A stretch of DNA of 64,000 nt from Octopus sinensis (GCF_006345805.1 NC_043001.1:24056001-24120000), one strand, 5' to 3'. Positions 1 through 13,775 are shown, numbered from the stretch's first letter. The notes: generated by a model from the sequence alone, not told the origin. Made by a program: numbers and translations.

Positions 1-676
1 ATATGTATGTATGAATGTGTGTGTATATGTTTGTGTGTCTGTGTTTGCCCCCCCCCCCCAACATTGCTTGACAACCGATGCTGGTGTGTTTGCGTTCCCG
101 TAACTCAGCGGTTCGGCAAAAGAGACCGATAGAATAAGTACTAGTCTTACAAAGAATAAGTCCTGGGGTCGATTTGCTCGACTAAAGGCGGTGCTCCGGC
201 ATGGCCACAGTCAAATGACTGAAACAAGTAAAAGAGTAAAAGAGTAATCCAAAAGAATTACAGTTGCTATCATTTGTCTATTCACAATACGTGAAACCTC
301 AGCATCCATATCTCTGGTAGATTGCAAGAACATCTTAAAAATAGAAAATTTATCAGATGACTATAAGGAATGCCATAAAGAAACATATAGATGGCAGGAC
401 TAACTCCTCAGTAGACAAAGTGAAAGTAGAAAATAACACACGAAAGAGAGAAAACTGAAGTATAGCTTTGAGTGACTATAGTAAAACATTTGATGGTATC
501 TCAACTGTTGTATAGTGGAAGAACATTAAATACCTAAGGTAGCAGCAATACCAAGAGTTTCTGTCAACCGTGTGTAAAACAGGGCAAGAGAAATAGAAAA
601 GAATTGAAGAGAAGATAACAAACTTATTCTCGTGAACAAATTTTCCGACACTGATACACTTAAAGCATCGACTGCA

Positions 677-1063
677 GTGGAGGCGCAATGGTCCAATGGT
701 TAGGGCAGCGGACTCGCGGTCGGAGGATCGTGGTTTCGATTCCCAGACCGGGCGTTGTGTGTGTTTATTGAGCGAAAACACCTAAAGCTCCGCGTGGCTC
801 CGGCAGGGGGGGGGGGTGGCGACCCCTGTTGTACTCTTTCGCTCCAACTTTCTCTCACTCTTTCTTCCTGTTTCTTGTCCCCGACTTCCTACGCAACCGC
901 TGAGCCTGGATGCGCATTCATCCATCCGTCGATGCTCTCGGTGTCGGGGGTTGACCTGCTTTCTTTTCTGTGGGTCTTACGAATAGCAAAGGACCACGTT
1001 TCGGACTTCTCCCACTAGGACGAAGACCGCTACGCTCAACAACAACAGCAACAGCAGCAGCAG
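677..1063 (+). mobile_element. SINE-B (OR1-like head) with tail type 2
   Basis: Head GGAGGCGCAATGG..AGTGGTTAGGGC...GGTTTCGATTCCC; 8-bp TSD CGACTGCA. Confidence 0.85.
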
Positions 1064-1709
1064 CGACTGCAATAGGAAACCGGTAAATTATTTCTTGTAT
1101 ACGGATTATATCCCAATGGTCTAAATACTCATATAAACGCTCGACATGCCAGAAATAGTAGCTAAATCGTTAAATCGCACCAAATTGTTGGAGGAAATAT
1201 ATATAGATTTTTGTAGTCATAGGTACTTCAACAGAAATAAGAAAAATAATGTAGATAGAGACGGGATGGTCCCGGCTGAAATGTCTTTAATCGTTGGTCT
1301 GTTCGATAAGAGACGACCTACAGCTAAGTTACATCATCAAGTTAGATAAAGAACACGGTGCTACATACACAAATTATATACGTGTGTGTGTATGTGTATG
1401 TGTGTGAGTGTATGTGTGCGTTCGTGCCTGCATATATGTGTGGTGTGTGTATGTGCATATGAGTGTGTGTATGTGTGTGTTGATATCTCGTCTGACATGC
1501 TGCAGTATATCTGAAGAGACGTCAATATTGTCCAGTAGCAATAATCGGCGAAAATCCAACAGTAACATTCTGTCTAGTTATATACCACAACCAGTGGCAT
1601 ATTGTTTTAACTCACGACGATAAATTATATATATATATATATGTATGTATGTATGATGGATGTATGTATGTATGATGGATGTATGTATGTATGTATGTAT
1701 GTATGTATG

Positions 1710-1779
<70 letters not shown>

Positions 1780-1839
1780 ATATATAGTATGTATATATAT
1801 CTTTCTCTCTCATATATATACACATATATAGATCGTTAG

Positions 1840-2006
1840 CTACTACACGCATTTTTTTCTCTCCTTGTTTTTTCCTGTGTACCTTTCTGCCGAAGAGCGT
1901 AGGCTCGAAACGTAAAAAAACTTTTTCTATTCCTGAGCGCTATACTAATACATTTGTTTGTTTGTACTCTAGCTGCCTCCGTCTTTTGTTTATTTTCGTA
2001 AACTTT

Positions 2007-2012
<6 letters not shown>
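1840..2012 (+). ncRNA. ~175-bp TA-flanked element with variant hammerhead core
   Basis: 1883-1918: CUUU-CUGCCGA-A-GAGC guag GCUC-GAAA-CG-UA-AAA. Confidence 0.6.
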
Positions 2013-2042
<30 letters not shown>

Positions 2043-3057
2043 CTGACAAATATGCAGCCCGCACAAGTAGTGGCCAAAAGAAGCGAATCAGATTAATATG
2101 AGGGAAAGCCTTCAAGTGATTCTTACTACCATATGCGCAACAAATGGAATTCTTTTACTGCAACACAGTATCATAGCTTACCTTTCAGTCCCCACAACAT
2201 GGCACAGTTCTGGAATTAATCTATCGTCTTCGGAAGTCATTAGGATTTCGATCCATATAGATTCCATCTGATCACTTGTTTTTGGTTACTTCAGTTCTTA
2301 CTTCCTATCTTCTACCTATACCGTTTCTCAAATGTGACAACAAGCTAAAAGTTAAGGACGTCAGCAATATCCTTTAGTCTAACCCGTGTGATGTACCGCT
2401 CCAAGCACTTTTGTGCGAGCTTCTATGCTGGTGCATATCGAGGCAGTGTGGTCTGTTTGCCTTCATTTTACCTTGTCTTCTGCTTCTACAATAGTTCATA
2501 TGGTTCTATCGTATAGTACTTGGCTGACAGAGCATATGTTATCACACACATCAACGTGAGATAACTCTTTGAATGGCTTGAAAATAACTTTCGTGTCTTT
2601 TGTTATACAGAGATAAATTTGTTTTCGTTTTCTCGTCACTGTATAAGCGACTGAGGTAAGGATGCACCTTCCTTTGTCACACAGTCTGCTCTGAAGATTT
2701 TTCCTGATAATTCATATTTAGGAATCATCTGTTTGAATTAGCTTCTGTCAAAGAAGAATGACTGGAAAGTCTTTCTCTGATTATCTATTTGAGTTTTCCA
2801 TTTATTTTATCGCTTGTCGAAACGTGTGAGCAAACATGCGCGCGCTGTTATATCTACCGTTGTCGTTGTTTAGTCGTTTAAATTGTTCAAAATAATGTCA
2901 TTTTCTTTCAGAAAATCATATTTTTCGGGAAATAAATGTAATCTGCTGAGGAATTAAATTTGTTTTCTTTTTCCTGTCTATTGTTTGTCCAAAAACGTAC
3001 AACATGTTTTCCTTCGTCAGTGTGTGTGTGTGTGTGTGTGCGTGCGTGTGTGCGTGC

Positions 3058-3117
<60 letters not shown>

Positions 3118-3843
3118 GTGTATGTGTGCGTGTGTGCGTGCGTATATATATATAAATGTGTGCGTGTGCGTGTGTGTGTATATATAATGTATGTGTATTT
3201 AGGTATGCGTGATTTTCAGGATTTTTAGGCTTGTAACTAATCTGTTTAGGAGTGGTAGAAAAGAAATAATTCTTCTTCACAAATTTAGTTTTTTTCTTCT
3301 TTTTTTTTACTCCAAACGGTGATGAATCAATGCAATGAGGTTGGCATAAAAAAATATTTAGCACAAAAATTCATGACGTGAGAGAGCCAGACGTTAAAAC
3401 GTGTCCAATTAATTCAAAATACAGGTACAACATCGATGATAATAACACTTTCTATTATAGGCACAAGGCCTGAAATTGGGTGGGGGTGGGGTAGTCGATT
3501 GTATCGACTCCAATGCGTAACTGGTACTTCTTTCATCGACCCCGAAAGGATAAAAGCCAATGACAACCCCAGCAGCAGCATTTGAACTCAGAGCGTAAAG
3601 ACGGACAATATACCGCTATCTTTCATCTTTTCTATTTTATTTATTTCAGTCATTAGACCGCGGCCATGCTGGTGCACCGCTTCGAAGAATTTTAGTCGAA
3701 CGAATCGACCATAATACGTATTTTCCCTTTTAACCCTGGACTCATTCTATCGGTCTCCTTTGCCGAACCGCTAAGTTACGAGAACGTAAACTCACCAAAA
3801 CCAGTTGTCACGTGACGGTGGTGGACAAATACTGCTATAAATG

Positions 3844-3876
<33 letters not shown>

Positions 3877-4281
3877 TCATATACATACGCATACACACAG
3901 ACGCTCATACTCACGCACACACGTACACACACACAAACACATTAAAAGAATTTGTTGTGTAAGGCCGGAACAACGCAATAATATATTAAGTAAACCCCAC
4001 ACACAAACACACACGCACTTATATTATCGACGAGTTTTTTTCGGTATCCGTCGATCATATTCACTCACAAGGCTTTGGTTAGCCCAAACCTGTAGCAGAA
4101 GACACTTGCCCAAGGTGCCACACAGTAGGACTGAACCCAGAACAATGTGGTTGGGAAGAGAACATAACCGGGAAAACTGTGCAAAAAAATTATCTTTCGA
4201 TATTTAGCTACCTCCTTTTAGGTTATTATTTCAAATTCTGCTTGGTAAACTTTTGATTTAACCTCGGGAGTTTGATAATAT

Positions 4282-4600
4282 AACAATTGCAGCGTGGAAA
4301 GTGTTTATAATCCATTTAAGAAATACACAAAAACCGTTAGATTCACTTCAACATTTAAATTTAATTTGTCAAAATATATTCGTCGCTTTGAAACCGCGAC
4401 CTGTTCACTGACAAACAGTGAACAGGTCGCGGTTTCAAAGCGGCGAATTGACAAATTAAATTTAAATGTTGAAGTGAATCTAACGGTTTTTGTGTGTTTC
4501 TTAAATGGCTTATAAACACCTTCCACGCTGCAATTGTTTTCGTTCCAGCACGCGATCTCAGATCAAGTCACTCGCTTTGCAAGTACATCTCCGTAATTTG
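4282..4600. ncRNA. Palindrome with variant hammerhead-like motif (G3:C8 core)
   Basis: Arms 4282-4410 and 4416-4538. Minus 4415-4365: UUUGUCA-GUGAACA-G-GUCGC..GCGAC-GAA-UAUAUUU-UGACAAA. Confidence 0.55.
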
Positions 4601-6120
4601 ATTATATAGTTATTCGTCAAGTACTGGATTTGAAATAATCGACTCCTCGAAGCTACACCCGAGCTAGAACTTATTGTTATTAACGTTTCCAACATTGTTT
4701 TTCGATCTTTTTATTCATCACCTAGATATGGAAGTCGAGAATGAAAGGTATAATGACAGACAGCTTTGCCTCTGATCCCGCCTTGGTGAATGTTTTCACG
4801 TTTCACCTGAAAAGGAAGGTGGGGCTAGAAAAGAGGTGTCTGTCAGAGTGTACGTTCAAAAAAAGATGGACGCGTGTTGCACGGATGCTGGGAGTGAAAG
4901 GCCCTGCGTGAGCACGTCATAAAGACTAGCAAAGGTGGCGGTTAAGAGGATGGGGCTCGTGGGGTCGGAGCGTACCTGTTCTTTTAACCCCATACTGTCT
5001 TGTATTGTTTGTAATTTTATTTTGTGTGGAGGCGCGTGGCTTAGTGATCGTAAGATTGTAGTTTCGATTCCTGGACCGGGCGACGAGTTGTGTTCTTGAG
5101 CAAAACACTTCAGTTCACGTTGCTCCAGACCACTCAGCTGGCAAAAATCATTAACGCTGCGATGGGCTGGCGTCCCGTCCAGCTGGGGAACACATACGCC
5201 ATTGGAACCGGGAAACTGGGCCCATGAGCCTGGCTAGGTTTAAAAGGGCGCATTATTTATTTTTTAATTGTATTTTGTGTCCCATCCGTTTTCTGCTCGT
5301 TTTGTCGTTTTAAAGTTTTGATATCATTCGCTGTATATGACCCCCAAATCATATTGTGTTGCCCCCTCTATGTGCGCCCATATAGGCAATAAAGAAACCC
5401 GATCTTTTAATTCATCACCTAGTTCACCTCCATCTCCCTGAGGTGTACGTGCATGCAGCATTGTTTTTAGCGAGTGTCGTATGCTGATTCGATGTCACAA
5501 CTAATTTGATTTGTTGTGAGGTTGGTCTTGATGTTACTTTAGTGCTTTCTTTGTAGTGTTAGATTAAAGACTATGAGAATCGTGGTATATATTTTGGTTG
5601 ATAATCGCGTGGAGTATATATTAAATGAGTTGTGTTACTGTATAACATGACGATCGTGTCGAATATGAGATTTGTGATTGTACTGTATGATACATGTTAC
5701 GTGAATTGCTGGTGGGTGATTATGTGCTTATATTGTGTAAGTTGTGTTATATTTCTGAGAGACGATGGTACAAAAAGTGTACTGCATGATTTGAGCAACT
5801 GAATTCAAAGAAGTCTTACAGAGAATAGGAACTGTGCCTAGAAGGATGACTTTTGCTAATTGTTTGAAAATCTGTAAATTCTGGTATGTATTTTTAAATG
5901 ATTTTGTTGATGAGTATTTATTTATTTATTTATTTATTTATTTATTATCACGTATATATACTTTGATTGTTACTGATACTGTTTTAACTTTCATAACTCA
6001 ATATCCTGCTTAATTCAGATTAAAAGTTTGTTCTTGTACTTTGATAGATTTTTTCAACTTCTTTTCGAACTATGTTTTAGATCTCCTTTGTTAGTTTGGA
6101 CAGGTATATTTCAGAGCAGA

Positions 6121-6352
6121 AGGCGGCGAGCTGGCAGAAACGTTAGCACGGCGGGAGAAATGCGTAGCCGTATTTCGTCTGCCGTTACGTTCTGAGTTCA
6201 AATTCCGCCGAGGTCGACTTTGCCTTTCATCCTTTCGGGGTCGATAAATTTAAGTACCAGTTACGCACTGGGGTCGATGTAATCGTCTTAATCCGTTTGT
6301 CTGTCCTTGTTTGTCTTCTTTGTCTTTAGCCCCTTGTGGGTAGTAAAGAAAT
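6121..6352 (+). mobile_element. SINE-C monomer
   Basis: Full head and tail; 17-bp TSD AGGTATATTTCAGAGCA. Confidence 0.9.
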
Positions 6353-7079
6353 AGGTATATTTCAGAGCATCGTAGTTGTTAGGCCATTGTTAACAGCATA
6401 GGAACTGACGCGGCCTAACGGTGCGAAAATTTTCACGTTTGAGCAAGAAGTGTAGCGTCGCCTCCCATCTGCATCAGTTGTTGCGGGGATAAAAAAAGTC
6501 GGATATTTTTTTAACGCACCTCGTACAAACGAGATTATAGCAGTTCTTTGTTTTCATGTCCATCTGTAGTAGGCGTATTGACCGATGGAAATAACTTATT
6601 GTCTGGCCATGTTTGTGAATATATCCTGTTTTTTCAGCAACGGAAGAGCGAGAAATGATGTAATCATTTGTTTCTCCATATTGTTTGTATTGTCTTAACC
6701 TTATATTAGCCTCTTATTCCATTATTTCATTTTGTAGTTTATGTAACAATGCATTGATACTGTCCGGCTAAAATCACACGTTCTGTTTTTCCTTTGTTCT
6801 CGATCTTTTGAGCAATTTTTGGCTTTCAAATTAACTTACAACTTCTCTGTCAGATCTTACTAGGCGTAGAGGTTATTCTCTCTATATTATTCTTGTTTTT
6901 GTTTATCATTTGTGTTGTGTCGTCCTCATTTAAGACTTCGTTTTCTGTGTAAGTCAAGTACTTATTCTATCGGTCTCTTTTGCCAAACTGCTAAGTTACA
7001 GGGACATACACACACCAACATCAGCTGTCAATCGATGATGATGGTGGTACTGGTGGTGGTGGGCAAACACAGACACAGG

Positions 7080-7130
<51 letters not shown>

Positions 7131-7290
7131 CACGACGGGGTTCTTTCTCTTTCCGTTAACCAAATCTACTCATAAGGGTTTGGTCGGCCTGAGGATATGG
7201 CAAAAGATACTTGTCCAAGGTGCCACGCAGTGGGACTGAACCCGGAACCATGTTGTTTGGAAGCAAGCTCCTTACCACACAACCACGCCT

Positions 7291-7388
<98 letters not shown>

Positions 7389-7629
7389 TTTATGATGCCA
7401 GTTTCAGCTTTCAGAACACTTTGTAATTTTATAGTTTTCCGAAGTTCTTAAATTTACATAACTTTCAATTTATCATGAAGAAACTATAATTTATAACCGG
7501 GATTGCTACTTTATTAACGCCTTATCTTATTTCTAACGTTGAGTTCAGTTAGCATTATTAGTCTGCTCTTTTCTAATTTTCTCTTTCATGTCTAATTCAA
7601 TGTTGTCAGTTTTAATTAATTTACTTCCT

Positions 7630-8740
7630 ATTGTAACTCAAGGGCTCTTGCAATGCTCATTCTCATCCAGGGCTTCATCACTGCAGAAGGAGTAACACAT
7701 CCCTGGACTCCTTCCGCCGCTGTGTGTCTTTGGCCAGTAGTAGCCATATAAGCCCCAGGTAGCAGGTGAGGTCAACTCGCGAACTTGTCTTTGGGCGCTT
7801 CTTGATCTTGTCCGTTGTCATGGTGTCCATTCTGCCACCCTATCTGCCCATCTGTTGCCTTTCAGTCGCATGATGTGGTTAGCTCATCTGTATTTATTCT
7901 CCTTGATGTTCCTTATTTCTTTATTGCCCACAAGGGGCTAAACATAGAGCGGACAAACAAGGACAGACAAAGGGATTAAGTCGATTACATCGACCCCAGT
8001 GCGTAACTGGTACTTAATTTATCGACCCCGAAAGGATGAAAGGCAAAGTCGACCTCGGCGGAATTTGAACTCAGAACGTAAACACGGACGAAATACCTAT
8101 TTCTTTACTACCTACAAGGGGCTAAACACAGAGAGGACAAACAGGACAGATAACCGGATTAAGTCGACTACATCGATCTCAGTGCGTAACTGGTACTTAA
8201 TTTATCGACCCCGAAAGGATGAAAGGCAAAGTAGACCTCGGTGGAATTTGAACTCAGAACGTGGCGGCAGACGAAATACGGCTACGCTTTACTACCCACA
8301 AGGGGATAAACACAGAGAGGACAAACAAGGACAGACAAACGGATTAAGTCGACTACATCGACCCCAGTGCGTAACTGGTACTTAATTTATCGACCCCGAA
8401 AGGATGAAAGGCAAAGTCGACCTCGGCGGAATTTGAACTCAGAACGTAACGGCAGACGAAATATGGCTAAGCATTTCGCCCGGCGTGCTAACGATTCTGC
8501 CAGCTCGCCGCCCTTTCCTCCTTGATGTTCCTATGATGTCGTTGACTCTCGTGTACTGTCGAATCCAGGCATTGGTTTTCTTGTTCCGTAATGTGACGCC
8601 GAACATGGTTTGTTCCATTTTCTGTTGGACTACAGTGAGGGCATTCATGATAGTAGCGTTGAGAGCTCACCCTTCACTTTTGCATATCGGGATGCGCTCT
8701 CTGAAGATCTTTATTTCAATTTTCATGTACTGATTAAATT
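7630..8740 (-). mobile_element. RTE-clade LINE 3' fragment interrupted by a SINE-C trimer
   Basis: LTVVQQKMEQTMFGVTLRNKKTNAWIRQYTRVNDII (8648-8520) continues NIKENKYRxANHIMRLKGNRWADRVAEW (7913-7830); 15-bp TSD CTCCTTGATGTTCCT at 7899-7913 and 8518-8532. Confidence 0.8.
7914..8512 (-). mobile_element. SINE-C trimer (one head, three ~180-bp bodies)
   Basis: Head GGCGGCGAGCTGGCAGAA, B box GAGTTCAAATTCC in each unit; single 15-bp TSD around the whole array. Confidence 0.9.
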
Positions 8741-9418
8741 CATATAGAGTTTAATAGGTTCTCTTGTTTGTTGCTATTTCTAGTGAAATATTTAAAATCA
8801 TCCACATAGAGTGCTCAGAAAGCCACTTTGCACTTTATATCTTTAATCTTTTACTTGTTTCAGTCATTGGACTGCGGCCATGCTGGACCATATCTTTGAA
8901 ATGTTCAGCAGAACAAATCGACCCCAACATTTAAATTTTTAAGTCTGGTGGTTATTCTATTCGTGTCTTTTGCTAAGTTAAGGGAACCTAAGCAATGTTG
9001 GTGGAGGCATATGGCCTAATGGTTTGAGCAGCGGACTCGTGGGTTCGAATCTCTCACCGGGCGGTATGTGTGTTTGTGAGCGACACACCTAAGCTCCACG
9101 CGGCATCGATAAGATAATGGCGAACTTCTGCTGACTCTTTCGCCTCAACTTTCTCTCACTCTTTCCTCCTGCAACTAGCAGCTCCCCTGTCCAGGTGAGG
9201 AAACTATACGTCAATGAAATCGGAAAACTGGCCTTTATGAGCCAGGCATGGCTCGAGAAGGAACAACAGCAACAACAAACAATGCCGGTGGTGGGGTAAT
9301 ACAAACACTCTCATACATAATCATATATATGCGCGCGTGCGCGGATGTGTGTGCATTTTAGGCCAATCCAAATTGACCAGCCGTACTCTAATGAAAATTG
9401 ATTATTGATGTTTTTTAT

Positions 9419-10019
9419 AAGGCGGCGAGCTGGCAGAAACGTTAGCACGCCGGGCGAAATGCTTTGCGGTATTTCGTCTGCTGTTACGTTCTGAGTTCAA
9501 ATTCCGCCGAGGTCGACTTTGCTTTTCATCCTTTCGGGGGCGATTAAATAAGTACCAGTTTCGCACTGGGGTCGATATAATCGACTTAATCCGTTTGTCT
9601 GTTCTTGTTCGTCCCCTCTGTGTTTAGCCCCTTGTGGGTAGTAAAGAAATAGGTATTTCGTCTGCCATTACGTTTTGTGTTCAAATTCCGCCGAGGTCGA
9701 CTTTGCCTTTCATCCTTTCGGGGTCGATAAATTAAGTACCAGTTACGCACTGGGGTCGATGTAATCGACTTAATCCATTTGTTTGTCCTTGTTTGTCCTC
9801 TCTGCGTTTAGCCCCTTGTGGGTAGTAGAGAAATAGGTATTTCGTCTGCCGTTACGTTTTGTGTTCAAATTCCGCCGAGGTCGACTTTGCCTTTCATCCT
9901 TTCGGGGTCGATTAGATAAGTACCAGTTTCACACTGGGGTCGATATAATCGACTTAATCCGTTTGTCTGTCCTTGTTTGTCTTCTCTGTGTTTAGCCCCT
10001 TGTGGGCAGTAAAAAAATA
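9419..10019 (+). mobile_element. SINE-C trimer
   Basis: Same architecture; ~24-bp TSD GAAAATTGA(T/A)TATTGATGTTTTTT at 9393-9416 and 10020-10043. Confidence 0.9.
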
Positions 10020-10559
10020 GAAAATTGAATATTGATGTTTTTTGAGATTTTAGAAATTTCTGCTGTAACAACCACGTTTTCTGATACCAAATATCGAATG
10101 TATTTATCTTACTGAGGCATCAGGTCTGGGTTTGAGTTATCTGTTTATCGACTACATTTGCCAACTGGTACTGAGATTCTGGCATGAAGCTAATCTCACT
10201 TTGATGCTTATTAAACATCGCATTTATTACTACGTCACCTCATCATCATCGTCATCACTAATACAATCGCTTGTATCATAACAGCAAATTTGAAATTATC
10301 TCCATCCAACATCAACAACATCACAACCACTATTATCATCAGCAGGGCTGTTTTCCGTTATTTAAAGCTACGGTAGGTGAGGCTGTTTGGTAAGATGTTT
10401 GCTTCCCAGCCACATGGTTCCGGGTTCAGTCCCACTGCGTAGCATCTTGGGCAAGTGTCTTCTACTATAGCCCCAGGCCTACCAAAGCCTTATGAGTGGA
10501 TTTGGTAGACAAAAACTGAAAGAAACCCGTTGTATATATATATATATATATATATATAT

Positions 10560-10601
<42 letters not shown>

Positions 10602-11104
10602 TTGTGTGTATATGTGTGTGTGTCTTTGTGTTTTTGTCCCCCGCCGGCCTCAAATTGATTACCGGTATTAGTTTGTTTACGTCCCTGTAACTTTGCGGTT
10701 CAGCAAAAGTAACCGATATAAGTACCGGGCTTAAAAAATATTTCCTAGAGTTTATTTGTTCGACTAAGGCGTTGCAGGTTGTGCTCCAGCATGGCCGCAG
10801 TACAATGACTGAAGCAAGTAAACGATATCACGAGCAAACATAAAAGCCTCCACGCCATCGCTCAACTTGCTAGAAAAACCAGCCAAATCTCCCCCTAAAC
10901 CAAACCCTAGAGTCATATAATAGAATACATTGGATAACGCTGTCTGGATGACCACTATTCAAGAAGAAAAGATGTTATGGTTATGGCTAGAATGTTCTTT
11001 GGGCATAAATACCTCTTCTCTATATTTGAAGCCTGTGAGGGAACATTTATATGGTCAGTCGGCATGCTAGACAGACCAGTCAAATCTCTTTCTAAAAATA
11101 TCCT

Positions 11105-11672
11105 GCGAGCTGGCAGAAACGTTAGCACGCCGGGCGAAATGCTTTGCGGTATTTCGTCTGCCGCTACGTTCTGAGTTCAAATTCCGCCGAGGTCGACTTT
11201 GCCATTCATTCTTTCGGGGTTGATTGAATAAGTGCCAGTTACGCACTGGGGCCGATGTAATCGACTTGATCCGTTTGTCTGTCCTTGTTTGTCCCCTCTG
11301 TGTTTAGCCCCTTGTGGGTAGTAAAGAAATAGGTATTTCGTTCTGTGTTCAAATTCCGCCGAGGTCGACTTTGCCTTTCATCCTTTCGGGGTCGATTAAA
11401 TAAGTACCAGTTACGCACTGGGGTCGATATAATCGACTTAATCCGTTTGTCTGTCCTTGTTTGTCCTCTCTGTGTTTAGCACCTTGTGGGTAGTAAAGAA
11501 ATAGATATTTCGTCCGTCTTTACGTTCTGAGTTCAAATTCCGCCGAGGTTGATTTTTGCCTTTGATCCTTTCAAGGTCGATAAATTAAGTACCAGTTGCG
11601 TACTGGGGTATATCTAATCGACTGGCCCCTTCCCCCAAAGTTTCGGACCTTGTGCCTAGAATAGAAAAGAAT
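11105..11672 (+). mobile_element. SINE-C trimer ending in the alternative tail
   Basis: Three bodies; the last ends GGCCCCTTCCCCCAAAGTTTCGGACCTTGTGCCTAGAATAGAAAAG. Confidence 0.85.
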
Positions 11673-11927
11673 AATACCCTATCTCCTTAAAAGCAGGAAG
11701 GACACATTAGGTGATATAATCCCAGAGCCCAATGAAAAGATTAGATAATCACATTTGGAATATCGTTAATCATAGATCTGTTTGATTAGTATTGAACTGC
11801 AGCTAAGCGACAACGTTTTCAAAATCACATATTATGTTACAAAGCTTAAGTCAATTCCGCCTGAAGTAACAGACTGTTACTGTACATACCACCACCATCA
11901 ACATAATTTCCTTGTAACATTATCAAG

Positions 11928-12250
11928 ATAAGTTAAGTTAAGTTAATTTTGTGGCTCAAAAAGCAAAAAGCAAGGCCATGTAGGGGGACATGGAGTAATG
12001 TACAGGGAGGGTATTCATGCAAAGAGTTAGGCCATTTCTGGTCAAGAGAGACTTTGAACCGAGCGGTCGTCGGCATCTTCACTATCTCGTCCGGCAGCTT
12101 ATTCCACGGATCCGCAACCGGACGGAGAAAGCCCCTCTCCTTCGATTGAGATGAAATCGTCGCAGATAGAGCTTTTCGGAGTGACCCCGCAGCCGACGCA
12201 TGGAGCAGGAGTGAAGAACAGCTCTTTCGAGAGGTTACACTTTCCGCTTA
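11928..12250 (-). mobile_element. CR1-type LINE 3' end with (TAACT)n tail
   Basis: ELFFTPAP..RGHSEKLYLRRFHLNRRRGAFSVR / VADPWNKLPDEIV...FKVSLDQKW (frameshifted), then TTAACTTAACTTAACTT. Confidence 0.82.
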
Positions 12251-12429
12251 TGATATATGAGATATAAGATATATAAGATATATATGATATATAAGATATA
12301 TGATCCACCTCCATAACACCACCTCCAATCTCCAAGATGAAAAGAGAAACAAAAATGCAAGACAATAATATCAAGAAGAATAAGTATATATAAAAAAATA
12401 TTAAGTTTTCCAGCAACATGTCCGAAGGA

Positions 12430-13192
12430 GTCGTATGAACAATGGCGAATCTTCAAACGTTTGCAACTAAAGTTAAAGCTAACACCGACCGACGTACCAG
12501 CGTTGCTTACGAGATAAGTGTTAGAGTAAACGACAGACACTCGATCCGAAAAGAAAGCCACAAATATTCCCTTGGCAACAGAATATTTGAAAACATCGTT
12601 GATAAACTGGTCAATATCGAGAATAAAAGAAATTTCGCACCGACATTCTGGAATTTTGAACAAAAACATAGAGTAGTTTAATCGACAACATTTCTGCAGA
12701 CAAAATGAAATCTGATATCATCATAAACAATCTCACTGACAGACTAAAGGTTTGAAATGGTCGATATCTCAATTGGTACAGTTGGTTCGGATATTGAAGG
12801 TTATAGAGAAGGAGGGTCAGGAATCATCGTCAAAGAAAGAAACGACAAAAAAAAAAACAAAAAAAAAATCTCGACAGTAAGTGAAAATTGTAAAAAAACC
12901 AATATCGGCTTATATATATTTTTATGTCGGGCTATTAGCAAAAGAAACTGCCATCGATTAGCTTTACAACAACCATCGTAGTTTTAAAACTACTAGTAAT
13001 TTTGACAGACAGCTGTTCAACCGTAACTAGCAACGAAAATCTGAACAGTAAAATTCAGTTAAAAATATCAAGTGCTATAAGAATTTATGAACAAAAATCA
13101 GCAACGTAACGTAGATCAAAAAGAGAAAAAGTATTGCATACAGGTGTGTATATGTATATATTATATTATTTATATGTGTTTGTGTGTGTGTG

Positions 13193-13243
<51 letters not shown>

Positions 13244-13660
13244 CTGAAGTGAAAAAGTAGACAGCAGCCAATGAATTATCCGAGAACGAGAACAACCCAA
13301 GCAGTTACTTGCAGAAATGAGTAATATAACTAACATCTTTGCAGGTGTAATATCAGCTATCAAGTGGTTGCATAAAAGAAAAAAATTCACATCAAAAGAA
13401 TCTAAGAACTATAACAAAACAAAACAAAAAAACAAACAAAAAGAAAAACAAAAGATACACCTTAACCAACAAGACTGCAATATCTTCATCGAAATTAAAA
13501 CTGGGCACTTGTACAAAATTAAACCTATACCATATTACTGCTGATTGCCCAGACTACAATTTGCGAGATAAACCGAACGAGCACTTATTTTCATGTCCAG
13601 CAGACTGTTTCAAAAGAGTAAACATCATAACAGAATAATTTGGTTTCTGTACCATATACC
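12430..13660 (+). pseudogene. Possible highly degraded LINE relic (ORF1-like start, CCHC-like end)
   Basis: MANLQTFATKVK...RVVLIDNI-like start; IKTGHL...CPDYNL...EHLFSCP resembles an ORF2 terminal zinc knuckle; many stops. Confidence 0.25.
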
Positions 13661-13775
13661 AGTCTTTGTAACAGACTTGAGGTCGTTCAACGTAACGCGT
13701 TATTGGAATGCAGGAGGCCATATTTAAATGCGGAGCAGCAACTGGAGTCACCACACCAAAATATACAGAAATATA

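Noticed and set aside
2150-2800. Complex sequence suggesting a coding relic (also 15850-16100)
   Set aside because: Multiple stops in all frames examined and no recognisable motif.
4294-4526. Near-identical ORFs on both strands
   Set aside because: Artefact of the DNA palindrome; no protein motif.
6490-6527. Mariner-like TIR (rc TACGAGGTGCGTTAAAAAAAATATCCGAC)
   Set aside because: No partner TIR or transposase nearby; too weak to annotate.
7914-11672. SINE-C arrays as CRISPR or satellite
   Set aside because: Whole ~180-bp units repeat with no unique spacers; Pol III boxes and TSDs identify them as SINE.
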